Shown here: one piece after another, positions 29,610 through 39,805 of the stretch
How the letters are laid out: each line of letters starts with the position of its first letter
Numbering within the stretch: position 1 is the stretch's first letter
Source of the DNA: Minisyncoccia bacterium
GTDB taxonomy: Bacteria > Patescibacteriota > Minisyncoccia > UBA6257 > GWB1-50-10
DNA: 64,000 bases
NCBI GenBank assembly: GCA_049997815.1
Contig: JBEKVQ010000001.1
Span: 20,642-84,641 of the forward strand
Reading direction: 5' to 3'
Made by a program: the position numbers and the translations under genes
The notes under the pieces: generated by a model
The model's database searches: none
The model's input: the letters and a program-made list of their open reading frames with translations, nothing else
What the model was told of the DNA's origin: nothing

Positions 29610-29720
29610 GGTCGTGTCTCAAGAGGTTTTTTCTTTCGCTCATAAAATCTCTCTGCCCCGACATAAAGTCGGGGTTTTTCTTTCGGAATTGATTGGGCTA
29701 TTGATCTATGGCTTAATTAA

Positions 29721-31199
29721 ATGGCGATGAATAAGAAGTTCTATATTACGACAACCCTCCCGTACGTGAACGCGGAGCCGCATATTGGTTTCGCGCTCGA
29801 GATTGTCCAGGCGGACATAATCGCCCGCCATCACAAATCCCTCGGCGAGGAGGTGGTTTTCAATACCGGCACAGATGAACATGGCCTGAAGATCTATAGG
29901 AATGCTCAGGAGGAGGGGAAAGACGTTCAAAAGTACGCAGACGAGAATGCCGCGAAGTTCAATGAGTTGAAGAAAGCGCTGAACGTCGATTTTACGAATT
30001 TCATCCGCACTACCGACCCGCATCACATCTCGGCGGCTCAGGAGTTCTGGAAGCGGTGCGACAAGAATGGCGATATTTACAAAAAGAACTATCAGATCAA
30101 ATACTGCGTCGGCTGCGAACTTGAAAAGACCGAATCCGAACTCCAAGACGGCATTTGTCCCATTCACCCCAATCTGGAGTTGGAGCTCATCGATGAGGAA
30201 AATTATTTCTTCCGTTTTTCCAAATATCAAAAGCCGCTTCTGGAACTTTACGAAAAATATCCGGATTTCGTGGTACCGGCCCACCGGCTCACGGAAATAA
30301 GTAATTTCGTGGCGGCGGGACTCCAGGATTTCAGCATCTCGCGGCTCAAAAGCAAGATGCCTTGGGGCGTGCCGGTGCCGGGAGACGAAGCTCAAGTGAT
30401 GTACGTTTGGTTCGATGCGCTCGTGAATTACGTTTCCACTCTTGGCTGGCCCGAGAACACGAAGAATTTTGAAGATTTTTGGGGCACGAAAGATAGTCCC
30501 AATGCTCTTCAGATCGCCGGCAAGGATAATCTGCGCCAGCAATCGGCAATGTGGCAGGCAATGCTCTTATCGGCCGGACTCCCGACCTCGCGGCAGATAA
30601 TCATCCACGGTTTCATTACGAGCGGGGGAGAAAAGATGTCCAAGAGCTTGGGGAATGTGGTGAATCCTTACGAGATTGTTGAGAAATACGGAACGGATGC
30701 GCTCCGGTTTTGGCTCGCCAATGACCTCAATCCTTTCGAGGATGGCGATTTTACCTGGGATAAATTCAAGGAAAGCTATAACGCGAATCTGGCGAACGGT
30801 CTGGGAAACTTTGCGGCGCGGGTACTCACGCTGGGAAGTTCTCTCGGGCAATTCGAGGCGCCGGCGGTTTCAGGAACGATAACGGAGAAGATAGAAGCCG
30901 CGAAGAAGACCGTTCGGGAAAAGTTGAAAGAATTCAAATTCCACGAAGCGCTTGGTGCCGTTCGGGAACTTATCGGTTTCGGCGACGGATATGTGAATGA
31001 GAACAAGCCCTGGGCGGAAAAAGACGGTGAGAAAAAGAAAGAATTGGTTTTCAATCTGATAGTGATTCTGGATAACGTTGCGGCTCTGCTCGCGCCCTTT
31101 ATTCCGGGCACGGCCTCGAAGATCACCGGGAATATTGTTTGGTCCGGCTCTAAATTGGAAACGAAGAAAGGTGAAGCATTGTTTCCTAGGGTTTCTTAG
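29721..31199 (+). CDS. metG: Methionine--tRNA ligase (short form)
   Basis: YVNAEPHIG, GTDEHG, YVWFDAL, KMSKSLGN motifs. Confidence 0.95.
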   Translation: MAMNKKFYITTTLPYVNAEPHIGFALEIVQADIIARHHKSLGEEVVFNTGTDEHGLKIYRNAQEEGKDVQKYADENAAKFNELKKALNVDFTNFIRTTDPHHISAAQEFWKRCDKNGDIYKKNYQIKYCVGCELEKTESELQDGICPIHPNLELELIDEENYFFRFSKYQKPLLELYEKYPDFVVPAHRLTEISNFVAAGLQDFSISRLKSKMPWGVPVPGDEAQVMYVWFDALVNYVSTLGWPENTKNFEDFWGTKDSPNALQIAGKDNLRQQSAMWQAMLLSAGLPTSRQIIIHGFITSGGEKMSKSLGNVVNPYEIVEKYGTDALRFWLANDLNPFEDGDFTWDKFKESYNANLANGLGNFAARVLTLGSSLGQFEAPAVSGTITEKIEAAKKTVREKLKEFKFHEALGAVRELIGFGDGYVNENKPWAEKDGEKKKELVFNLIVILDNVAALLAPFIPGTASKITGNIVWSGSKLETKKGEALFPRVS

Positions 31200-31200
31200 T

Positions 31201-32040
31201 ATGCAGCCGAAGTTTTTTGACGCCCATACGCACGCGAACCTAGCGGCGTTCAGTGGCGACTATAAAGAAACGATAAACCGCGCTCTTTCGTCCGGTGTCG
31301 GTCTCGTGAACATCGGAACACAGAAAGACACCTCGCTACGGGCGGTTGAGATTGCGCGCGAATTCACGCGTGAGCCCGTCTTTGCGACAATCGGTTTGCA
31401 TCCGACGCATACTCACGAGGATGATTTTCACGACGAGCATGAACTGGCCGTCTCCACTGGCGCTTCAGAGGAGTTCGATCACGATCTCTACAAAAAAATG
31501 GCGTTGGATCCCAAAGTGGTCGCGATAGGCGAGTGCGGATTGGATTACTTCCGTTTAAGCGGAGATACCGAAGAAAAGAAGGAGAAGCAGAAAAAAGTTT
31601 TTGTGGAACAGATCAAATTGGCCCACGAGATAAAAAAGCCGCTCATGATCCATTGCCGTTCCGCGTTTCCGGAGCTGATAGAAGCATTGGAAGAAAATAA
31701 GGGCTTGCTGAATGAAAAACCCGGCATAATCCACTTTATGAGCGGCACTAAAGATGAGGCGAAAAAATTGGCGGATTTGGGATTCTATTTCACCTTCGGC
31801 GGAGTAATCACATTCGCCCGCGATTACGACGAAATCATCAGGTTCCTGCCTATGGAGAGAATTTTGAGCGAAACCGACGCGCCATATGTATCCCCAGCGC
31901 CCTATCGGGGAAAACGGAACGAGCCGGCCTACGTGATTGAAGTCGTCAAGAGGTTAGCGGAGGTAAGGGGAGTGCCGTTCGGGGAAATATGCGGTAAAAT
32001 CGTCCAAAATACAGCCAGAGCGCTTAATATTGACTTTTAG
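31201..32040 (+). CDS. tatD: TatD family DNase
   Basis: DAHTH, GLHP, IGECGLDY, IHCR, ETDAPY motifs. Confidence 0.92.
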   Translation: MQPKFFDAHTHANLAAFSGDYKETINRALSSGVGLVNIGTQKDTSLRAVEIAREFTREPVFATIGLHPTHTHEDDFHDEHELAVSTGASEEFDHDLYKKMALDPKVVAIGECGLDYFRLSGDTEEKKEKQKKVFVEQIKLAHEIKKPLMIHCRSAFPELIEALEENKGLLNEKPGIIHFMSGTKDEAKKLADLGFYFTFGGVITFARDYDEIIRFLPMERILSETDAPYVSPAPYRGKRNEPAYVIEVVKRLAEVRGVPFGEICGKIVQNTARALNIDF

Positions 32041-32238
32041 CTCTTTATATGGTACTCTAAGCGAGTAAAATACCGAGGTTTTGATTGCGGTAATTTGGTC
32101 TTTGCCGATGAGAATTCGCCGGTAAGGACCAGGTTGGCACAAAAAATAAGAAGCACTTTCAAAACGTTTTTCGCTGGGGCGGTCAAAAAGCCGATCTGGT
32201 AGCCCAAACAGCGGAAAACTCATTAAGGAGGTTCATTT

Positions 32239-33402
32239 ATGAACCAGGTCCGTTTTTTTCTTCTGGCACTGGTGCTCGCGATCGTCGCGATTCCAGCGTC
32301 GGCTCAGATGATGCATCCCCTCTTGTCCACGGATAGCTCCTACTTGGAGCAGTTCCGGAACAAGACCCCCGATGAAGTTCAGGGGAAGGTTTGGGGGAGT
32401 ATATGCGCCATGAACCGGATGCAATATCCGGATTCGAATAAGGTGATGCCGGGCGATTTCATCGCTATGCCGTTGGGTGAGTACTATCAAGCCACGGCGG
32501 GCGGGACGAGTCACATGTGGGATGCCGCAAGGTGTTTCACGAATAAGATAGTATTACCTTATCTGAACGGCACTCTGGAGACGAGGGTCCAGCAACAATC
32601 AAAGTCGATTGTTGAGGATTCTACAAAAGCCAGTTCCAGGCCCTATCCCGAGTGGCTAGTATTCTTCCCGATAGTAATCATAGTATTGGCAGCGTTGTAC
32701 TTTCTCGCCAGATCAAAGAAGTGGAACAAGAAACCGGTTAACCCGCCGTTCATCTCATCGGAAAAAATACCTAATCCCAAAACAGCAACCCCCGAACAGG
32801 TTCGGCCGCTGGTACAGGAAGCATTGGGGGGAACGTTCGGCGAGAAGAATTTCAAGTTAATCGGCGATACTGAAGATGTCCTCATCGAGAAAGGTACCCT
32901 GGTGTCTTTCTTTAAGGATGGCTCCCATACCGTAAAGGAGTATAAGAATCAGGATGGGTACCGAGCTCTCGTTGAGTTCTTGAGGAGTGGGAAGAGGTCG
33001 CTGGTCGTCCTTGATGCGGCATGCTTCAATCCACTTTGGACAGCGGAGTATGCCGAATTTTCTGGCACCGTCATTCCGAAAGGGAAGACCCAGCCAGAAG
33101 TGATTGAGCGGATCACGATGGACCAGGTCGGTGACATCGGCGAAAACATCCGCCGCATCAACCGGGGCGAGGAAGTAGCCGTCGAGCCGGTTGTCGAGCA
33201 GCCGCCCGCAGCTCCAGCTCAGGAGTCACCCACTGCCCAGGAACCGCCAACTTCCGAAGAGAAGGAGCCGGAAGTTTCTGTGGAGGAAATACAAATCAGT
33301 GAGGGGAGACTCACATTAAAGGGGGGTCGGGTTAAGCTGAGTTTCGATCAGCTTAAGGAACTGATACACGAAGTTGTTCCGAAAGGTGGAGCATCATCGT
33401 AG
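32239..33402 (+). CDS. Hypothetical exported/membrane protein with a possible degenerate LysM-like segment
   Basis: AAGGAGG RBS; signal peptide; N...NKVMPGD motif; internal TM; terminator at about 33453-33485. Confidence 0.7.
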   Translation: MNQVRFFLLALVLAIVAIPASAQMMHPLLSTDSSYLEQFRNKTPDEVQGKVWGSICAMNRMQYPDSNKVMPGDFIAMPLGEYYQATAGGTSHMWDAARCFTNKIVLPYLNGTLETRVQQQSKSIVEDSTKASSRPYPEWLVFFPIVIIVLAALYFLARSKKWNKKPVNPPFISSEKIPNPKTATPEQVRPLVQEALGGTFGEKNFKLIGDTEDVLIEKGTLVSFFKDGSHTVKEYKNQDGYRALVEFLRSGKRSLVVLDAACFNPLWTAEYAEFSGTVIPKGKTQPEVIERITMDQVGDIGENIRRINRGEEVAVEPVVEQPPAAPAQESPTAQEPPTSEEKEPEVSVEEIQISEGRLTLKGGRVKLSFDQLKELIHEVVPKGGASS

Positions 33403-33524
33403 GTCAAGAAGGGCTAGTATTCTCCAGAAGCACATTTGTTCTTTTATCATCGGGGCCCGTTGGAATCTCAACGGGCTCTTTTTATTTTCAAAACCCGGCA
33501 AATCAATTAGAATGAGCCAATAAG

Positions 33525-36500
33525 ATGAAGGAATACGATTTCCAAAAGATCGAGAAAAAATGGCAGAAAAGGTGGCTTGAAGACGGCACCTACGAACCGG
33601 ATTTGGTGAAGGCCAAAAATCCCTTCTATAACCTGATGATGTTCCCGTACCCGTCGGCCGAAGGGCTGCACGTCGGGAATATGTATGCTTTCACGGGCGC
33701 GGACATCTACGGCCGGATGAAGCGGATGCGGGGCTACGACGTTTTCGAGCCTATCGGGCTGGACGGCTTCGGGATTCATTCGGAAAACTATGCCCTGAAA
33801 ATCGGCGCGCACCCAATGGACCAGGCAAAAATATCGGAAAAACGTTTTTACGAACAGCTCCGGATGATCGGGAATGGCTTTGCCTGGAACGAAAAGGTGG
33901 AGACCTATAACCCGGATTATTACAAATGGACCCAATGGGTTTTCACGGAGATGTGGAGGCGCGGCCTGGCCTATCGCAAAAAACAATCGGTGAACTGGTG
34001 CCCGAAAGACAAAACGGTCTTGGCTGATGAGCAGGTAATCGCCGGAAAATGCGAAAGGTGCTCCGCGGTCGTCGTCAAAAAAGATATGGAGCAGTGGTTT
34101 TTCAGGATTACTAAATATGCCGAAAAACTCTTAAAGAACCTGGATAAGATAGATTGGTCGGAAAGAGTGAAAATAGCCCAGCGGAATTGGATTGGGAAAT
34201 CCGAGGGCGCGCTGCTGGATTTCGAAATCAAGGGCGGTGTCGCGCCGTCCTATGTTTTGCTCCACGGATATACCGGCTCGCCCAAGAAACATTTTTTCCC
34301 CTGGCTCAAGAAGGAATTGGAAAAGCGCGGAGCGAAAGTTTACGCGCCGGAACTGCCGGATGCCGAAGATCCTAAGGTTTATGACCAAGCGGCCGAAGTC
34401 CTGAAATCCGTGCCGTTCGGCGAGGACACGGTGCTCGTGGGGCATAGTTTGGGCGGAGTGGTGGCACTTAAGGTTCTCGAGAAACTGAATAAGCCGGTAA
34501 GAAAGACCGTGCTCGTCACAAGTTACAACGAAAACAAGTTTTTTAACGACCCCTTTGAACCTCATACCTTTGACTGGAAATTCGACGTAAAGAAAATAAA
34601 AGCCAATGCCGGGAACATCCATATTTTGAGGGATATGACCGATGACGTTGTCCCTTCGTACCAGGCAGACAATCTAAAGGACGTTTTTGGGGGAGAAATA
34701 TTCGATTTCAGCGCAGCGACGCCCCATGCTTGGGGAAAGAAGGAGAAAGAGGAACCCGAGATTTTGGGTCATTGTATTGATTCTCTCCGGGTTTTCACGA
34801 CCCGCCCCGACACGCTCTTCGGCGCGACCTATATGGTCGTGGCACCGGAACACGGAATGGTAGGGGAACTCAAAGAGAAAATAACGAACTACAAGGAGGT
34901 TGAGGCCTATGTGAAGAAAACGAGCAACAAGTCGGAGGAAGAAAGAATAGAAGAAGGGAAGGAAAAGACCGGGGTGGAACTCAAGGGGATTAAGGCGGTG
35001 AATCCCGTAAATAATGAAGAAATCCCGGTTTTCATCGCCGATTACGTGCTCGCCTCATACGGGACGGGCGCCATTATGGCGGTGCCGGCGCATGACGAAC
35101 GGGATTATGAGTTTGCAAAGAAATATAAATTGCCGATCCGGGAAGTGGTTATCAGGAAATTTGGTGAAACAAAGAGTGGAGCGCAAGAAAGAAAAACAGT
35201 GTATGCCGTTGTTAAACACAAAGATAAGATTCTCCTGGTATTCAATAAAAAACTCAACGAGCATCAGTTACCAGGAGGGAAAATTGAAGATGGCGAGAAT
35301 GACTCTGATACGCTGCGTAGGGAAATCGCGGAAGAAACTGGGTACGATCACGTGACGCCGCAGACATATCTCGGCCAGATTGATTTCAATTATTTCTTCC
35401 GTCACTACAAGTTCGATAGCCATTTGCGGGCGAAAGGATATCTTGTAGAACTGAATGACGAGCATAAAATTCCGGTTCGTAATTCCACCGGGGAAAACAT
35501 GCAGTCATCCGAATGGATGGAGGCAGACAGAGCGATCGAATGTATGAAGAACGGAACATGGAGTGGGATTGAGGGATTTATCAAGCGTGCAACAGGACAA
35601 GAATCACTCTGCTTCTCCGGCGATGGTGTATTAGTGGACTCTGATAATTTTGACGGAACGGATTCCGAAAAAGCCAAGTGGGAAATCACAAAGCTCGTGG
35701 GCGGAGAAAGAAAAATCCAATACCGCTTACGCGACTGGCTTATCTCGCGCCAGCGCTACTGGGGTGCGCCGATACCAATGATCCACTGCGAGGCCTGCGC
35801 CTCGAAGGGCGATGGCGAACAGAAAGAAATGCTTGGCTGGTATGCCGTACCAGAAAAAAATCTGCCGGTGGAACTTCCTTACGTCAAAGATTTCCGTCCG
35901 CAGGGCAAGGGCGAATCTCCGCTCGCTTCGGTCAAAGAATTTTATGAAGCGAAGTGCCCCCACTGCGGCGGGAAGGCGCGCCGGGAGACCGACGTCTCGG
36001 ACACTTTCCTGGACTCGGCCTGGTATTATCTCCGCTACCCGAGTGCAAAAGAAAAAAATAAGGCCTGGGATTTGGAAATGACGAAAAAATGGTTCCCGGT
36101 GAATCTCTATACCGGCGGAGCGGAACACTCCGTTCTCCATCTTCTCTACGTTCGCTTCGTGGCCATGGCTTTTCATGATGCCGGCTGGCTTGATTTCGAA
36201 GAGCCGTTCCCGAAGTTCCGCGCGCACGGGCTGCTCATAAAAGAGGGAGCGAAGATGTCCAAGTCCAAGGGGAATGTGATAAATCCGGACGAGTACATAA
36301 AAAAATTCGGCGCCGATTCCCTCCGAATGTATCTGATGTTCCTCGCGCCCTTCGAGCAGGGCGGCGATTTCCGGGACGAAGCGGTTCTGGGTATTGTGCG
36401 TTTTTTGGACCGAGTTTGGAATTTGTACATGAAAGAACCCGGCGTTTCCGGCTGGGCGGACGAAAATGTTCTTCGTCTCACACATCGCACGATAAAAAAG

Positions 36501-36920
36501 ATAACGGACGATATCGAATCTCTTCATTACAATACCGCCATTAGCGCTTTAATGATTCTCCTGAACGAACTTGAGAAGGCAAATCCCGACAGAGAGAATA
36601 AAGAAGTGTTTTTGAAACTTCTCGCTCCCTTTGCCCCCCATATAACCGAGGAGCTTTGGCATGAATTGGGCAATCCGGCGTCGATTCATAGAGAATCCTG
36701 GCCAGTCGCCAATCCAAAATTATTGAAAGAGGAGGATTTCGACATGGTGGTTCAGGTGAACGGAAAACTGCGAGCAACCGTCAAAATGCCGAGGGGCATT
36801 GCCCAGAAAGATGCCGAGAAAGCAGCATTGAGCAATGAAAATGTGAGGAATTCCCTTGCCGGGCAGAAACCGAAGAAAATCATTTTCGTCCCCGACCGCT
36901 TAATTAATTTCGTGGTTTGA
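33525..36920 (+). CDS. leuS: Leucine--tRNA ligase with inserted alpha/beta-hydrolase and NUDIX domains
   Basis: MFPYPSAEGLHVG, FTTRPDT, SRQRYWG, KMSKSKGN; inserts carry GHSLG and a NUDIX box. Confidence 0.95.
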   Translation: MKEYDFQKIEKKWQKRWLEDGTYEPDLVKAKNPFYNLMMFPYPSAEGLHVGNMYAFTGADIYGRMKRMRGYDVFEPIGLDGFGIHSENYALKIGAHPMDQAKISEKRFYEQLRMIGNGFAWNEKVETYNPDYYKWTQWVFTEMWRRGLAYRKKQSVNWCPKDKTVLADEQVIAGKCERCSAVVVKKDMEQWFFRITKYAEKLLKNLDKIDWSERVKIAQRNWIGKSEGALLDFEIKGGVAPSYVLLHGYTGSPKKHFFPWLKKELEKRGAKVYAPELPDAEDPKVYDQAAEVLKSVPFGEDTVLVGHSLGGVVALKVLEKLNKPVRKTVLVTSYNENKFFNDPFEPHTFDWKFDVKKIKANAGNIHILRDMTDDVVPSYQADNLKDVFGGEIFDFSAATPHAWGKKEKEEPEILGHCIDSLRVFTTRPDTLFGATYMVVAPEHGMVGELKEKITNYKEVEAYVKKTSNKSEEERIEEGKEKTGVELKGIKAVNPVNNEEIPVFIADYVLASYGTGAIMAVPAHDERDYEFAKKYKLPIREVVIRKFGETKSGAQERKTVYAVVKHKDKILLVFNKKLNEHQLPGGKIEDGENDSDTLRREIAEETGYDHVTPQTYLGQIDFNYFFRHYKFDSHLRAKGYLVELNDEHKIPVRNSTGENMQSSEWMEADRAIECMKNGTWSGIEGFIKRATGQESLCFSGDGVLVDSDNFDGTDSEKAKWEITKLVGGERKIQYRLRDWLISRQRYWGAPIPMIHCEACASKGDGEQKEMLGWYAVPEKNLPVELPYVKDFRPQGKGESPLASVKEFYEAKCPHCGGKARRETDVSDTFLDSAWYYLRYPSAKEKNKAWDLEMTKKWFPVNLYTGGAEHSVLHLLYVRFVAMAFHDAGWLDFEEPFPKFRAHGLLIKEGAKMSKSKGNVINPDEYIKKFGADSLRMYLMFLAPFEQGGDFRDEAVLGIVRFLDRVWNLYMKEPGVSGWADENVLRLTHRTIKKITDDIESLHYNTAISALMILLNELEKANPDRENKEVFLKLLAPFAPHITEELWHELGNPASIHRESWPVANPKLLKEEDFDMVVQVNGKLRATVKMPRGIAQKDAEKAALSNENVRNSLAGQKPKKIIFVPDRLINFVV

Positions 36921-36937
36921 TTTACCATTAACTAGAA

Positions 36938-37855
36938 ATGAGCAAGATTCTCTGGATAATCGTCATTATAATCGTCTTGGTGGCGCTTTATAACACTTTC
37001 GCTAAGTTGAGTGCCAATGTGAAATTCGAAAGTCTTTCCGGGTTGTTCCGTATTCCCTCCGGTCTTTACCACAGCACCTCCTCCACGGTCGTGTCTGTTT
37101 CCGTTGGGGGAGATACTTATGGTGGCGCGGTGCAGCCGTCCAGAAGCTCACCGGTTCCGCCAAGTGTTGGGACCCAGCCCACCGTGGTTCCGCCAACCGG
37201 TTTCACCACTGGCCAACTTTCCCCCCATTACGGGCAAGTGAAAATAAGTTCCGTCTCCGCCGGGAATTTTCCTAACTCCAATCAGTTTTCTTTATCGGCG
37301 AACTCCCTTAGCGCGCCACTAGATATTACCGGATGGCGCTTGAAATCGAACAACAGGGACATAATGATCCCGAAAGCCGTTTCGAACTACGACCCATCCG
37401 GTTTTTCTCTCGCCTCCGACATTGTCATGGGGAATAACCAGCGCGTTAGTTTTTATAATGCGACCAGCCCGATACTAGTGAATTTAAGATTGAATGAATG
37501 CACCGGTTACCTGAACAATGCGTACAACTTCACCCCCACCCTGCCGAACAATTGCCCTTCCTCATACGACCAATCGGAGATAATATCTTTTTCGGGGTCT
37601 TGCCAAGATATGATACTTTCTCTTTGGGGTTGTTCGGAGCCGACGAAGGGGCAACTAAGTAGCGATCAGTCCTGCAGAACCTTTTTGACCGACCGTTTCA
37701 ATTACAGCGGTTGTTATAAATATCATCGCGGCGATGCGAATTTCTTGAGCAACGAATGGAGCATTTGGCTAAACGGTTCGATGTATTTCGATAACCACGA
37801 CCTCCTGCTCCTTTTCGACAGGGAAGGTCTATTGGTTGATAGATATTCTTCCTGA
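36938..37855 (+). CDS. Membrane-anchored Cys-containing protein with a lamin-tail-like domain
   Basis: N-terminal TM; LDITGWRL and LFDREGLLVD motifs. Confidence 0.65.
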   Translation: MSKILWIIVIIIVLVALYNTFAKLSANVKFESLSGLFRIPSGLYHSTSSTVVSVSVGGDTYGGAVQPSRSSPVPPSVGTQPTVVPPTGFTTGQLSPHYGQVKISSVSAGNFPNSNQFSLSANSLSAPLDITGWRLKSNNRDIMIPKAVSNYDPSGFSLASDIVMGNNQRVSFYNATSPILVNLRLNECTGYLNNAYNFTPTLPNNCPSSYDQSEIISFSGSCQDMILSLWGCSEPTKGQLSSDQSCRTFLTDRFNYSGCYKYHRGDANFLSNEWSIWLNGSMYFDNHDLLLLFDREGLLVDRYSS

Positions 37856-37875
37856 CCGGCCAGACAATAGCGGGA

Positions 37876-38916
37876 TTATTTTCTTTCGATCAGTGTAACC
37901 ATGACCTCGCGCTCCTTGCCGGCGCGAAGGATTTTTAGTTTCACCTCTTCTCCCACCTTGCAATCGTCCAAAAAATCCTGAAGGGTAGTGTCGGACGTTA
38001 TTTTTTCCCCGTTCCATTCGAGAACAATATCCTGTTCCAGTATGCCCGCCTTATCGGCCGGGCTTTTGGGGATAACGGCGGTTTCGGTCGAATTCTGCCG
38101 GGTAATGTAAGCACCGTATTCGGCAGGCAGGCCCATCTTTTCGCTCAGGTCGTGATTCAACACCAGGTAACGCAGCCCCAGAAGGGGTCGGCGGATGCGC
38201 CCGTACCTTTTGAGGTCGCTCAAATCCCTCTCGGCGGCCTTAATGGGGATGGCAAAACTGATGTTTTGGGCGCCTACAACGACTGCGGCATTAATGCCCA
38301 CGGCGCATCCGCAAATATCCACGAGCGGCCCCCCGGAGTTGCCTGGGTTTATCGCGGCATCCGTTTGGATAAGTCCTCGAAGTTCCTGGACGGGTGCCCG
38401 GGAATCGGATTTTGCCTGAACTGAACGGGAAAGGCCGGAAACAATTCCCCTGGAGACGGTATTTTTGAAGATCCCCAGGGCATTTCCGATAGCGAGCACG
38501 GTTTGGCCCAATTCCAGATTTTCTGAATTGCCCAATTTTACGACCGGCAATGTTTTTCCTGTTTTTATCTTAAGAATCGCCACATCGTTTATAGGATCAC
38601 GGGCTAGAACCTCGGCTTCGTAACTCTCGTCGTCATTCAGGAAGACCGTGTAACTCACGCCGGATTCGGCGATGACGTGCTTGTTGGTCAAGATTATTCC
38701 GCTCTTGTCCACGATGAAGCCGGAGCCGCCGCCGACTTGGACCATACCGTGGGCATCTATTTTGTCTGGCGGAATTTGAAAAGCGGTTGCCTTATTCTTA
38801 TTCGAGGCCGGCAGCTCTTTTTTTAGAGCTTCCAAACTTTTTGATAGAATAATGGAGACCACTGCCGGCATTGTCCGGCGGATGGTTTTGATTATTTTTT
38901 TATCCTTTCCCAGCAT
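37876..38916 (-). CDS. HtrA/DegP-like serine protease with PDZ domain
   Basis: GSGFIV, TNKHV, IQTDAAINPGNSGGPL, SPADKAGI motifs. Confidence 0.93.
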   Translation of the reverse strand: MLGKDKKIIKTIRRTMPAVVSIILSKSLEALKKELPASNKNKATAFQIPPDKIDAHGMVQVGGGSGFIVDKSGIILTNKHVIAESGVSYTVFLNDDESYEAEVLARDPINDVAILKIKTGKTLPVVKLGNSENLELGQTVLAIGNALGIFKNTVSRGIVSGLSRSVQAKSDSRAPVQELRGLIQTDAAINPGNSGGPLVDICGCAVGINAAVVVGAQNISFAIPIKAAERDLSDLKRYGRIRRPLLGLRYLVLNHDLSEKMGLPAEYGAYITRQNSTETAVIPKSPADKAGILEQDIVLEWNGEKITSDTTLQDFLDDCKVGEEVKLKILRAGKEREVMVTLIERK

Positions 38917-38917
38917 T

Positions 38918-39400
38918 TTATTGAACGATTATTTTCCCCGTGAGTTGAGCATGCAAATGGTCATGATAATCCCAGCTCCCGATTTTTTCGAATTTGAACG
39001 ACCATGATGAACCCGGCGGAATGCCGCCACAAGCATCAAAAGCAACGCCGGCATTATCCGGACAATGTTCCTGAAGCGTTGTGCCGCTATAAACCGCGTG
39101 GGTCGGATGTACTCCCGAGGCCGGCCAAAAATCGAACGAACTCGAATTTTTAAAAATTACCGTCGCGCCTTTCTGAACCGTTAGAACATTTGGGCTGAAA
39201 CCGTTGTCATTGAAATTGATTATGGGGCTGGAATCCTGATTCGTTCCCCGGGGGACGGTATTCACGGTTACCGGATTGGAATCCAGGGGCGGATTCAGGG
39301 GTGGTGTTAGTCCTGTATTTTTTTCGCTCCGGCTCAATAGGATAAAGCCAAGCGCCAAGACGACGATAACTATGGCTGAGATTGCATATTTTTTAGGCAT
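38918..39400 (-). CDS. Cupredoxin-fold membrane-anchored protein
   Basis: GFSPNVLTV, HPTH, WDYHDHL...GKIIV. Confidence 0.75.
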   Translation of the reverse strand: MPKKYAISAIVIVVLALGFILLSRSEKNTGLTPPLNPPLDSNPVTVNTVPRGTNQDSSPIINFNDNGFSPNVLTVQKGATVIFKNSSSFDFWPASGVHPTHAVYSGTTLQEHCPDNAGVAFDACGGIPPGSSWSFKFEKIGSWDYHDHLHAQLTGKIIVQ

Positions 39401-39518
39401 AATTTATTTTGTTTCCTGTTATTTTATTCTACCATTTTTAGGGGCATTTCCGAATTACATTGGTGCCTAGGGCCTAGCCAAAACGAAACCACCCCCAAGG
39501 GGGTGGTTGGTCACAAAG

Positions 39519-39575
39519 TTATACTCTGCGGCTCTTCCTTCTCTTCGGCTTGGCCGCCTTTCTTTTCTTTGCCAT
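39519..39575 (-). CDS. 18-aa K/R-rich peptide MAKKRKAAKPKRRKSRRV
   Basis: Short ORF between an extended -10 (TATAAT at 39683-39678) and a terminator hairpin (about 39480-39508). Confidence 0.55.
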   Translation of the reverse strand: MAKKRKAAKPKRRKSRRV

Positions 39576-39786
39576 TTTAGTTTTATTTTTTGGGCTAACG
39601 CCTTTATTTTCGGAGCTGATGTTGGATTGTCGACCACCAACCACGTCAGTTCCATAGCAACCTGCTATTCTAAGTTAATTATACACTAAAAAATTTTTAA
39701 AAACTGTGGATAACTCTGATTTTCCGATTCATCGCGAAAATTTTTCTGAAAATGAGGAAAGAATACATTATTGCGTTCGTTTTTAT

Positions 39787-39805
39787 TGCGGAGGGTAGAG
39801 GATTC
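39787..39805 (-). repeat. Copy of the tRNA-Ser 3' end (att-like direct repeat)
   Basis: Identical to 58088-58106. Confidence 0.85.

Noticed and set aside
39467-39655. 62-aa ORF on the minus strand
   Set aside because: Runs through the terminator hairpin; the 18-aa ORF in another frame fits the signals better
39705-39713. oriC suggested by DnaA box TGTGGATAA
   Set aside because: Isolated box, with no cluster and no dnaA or dnaN nearby
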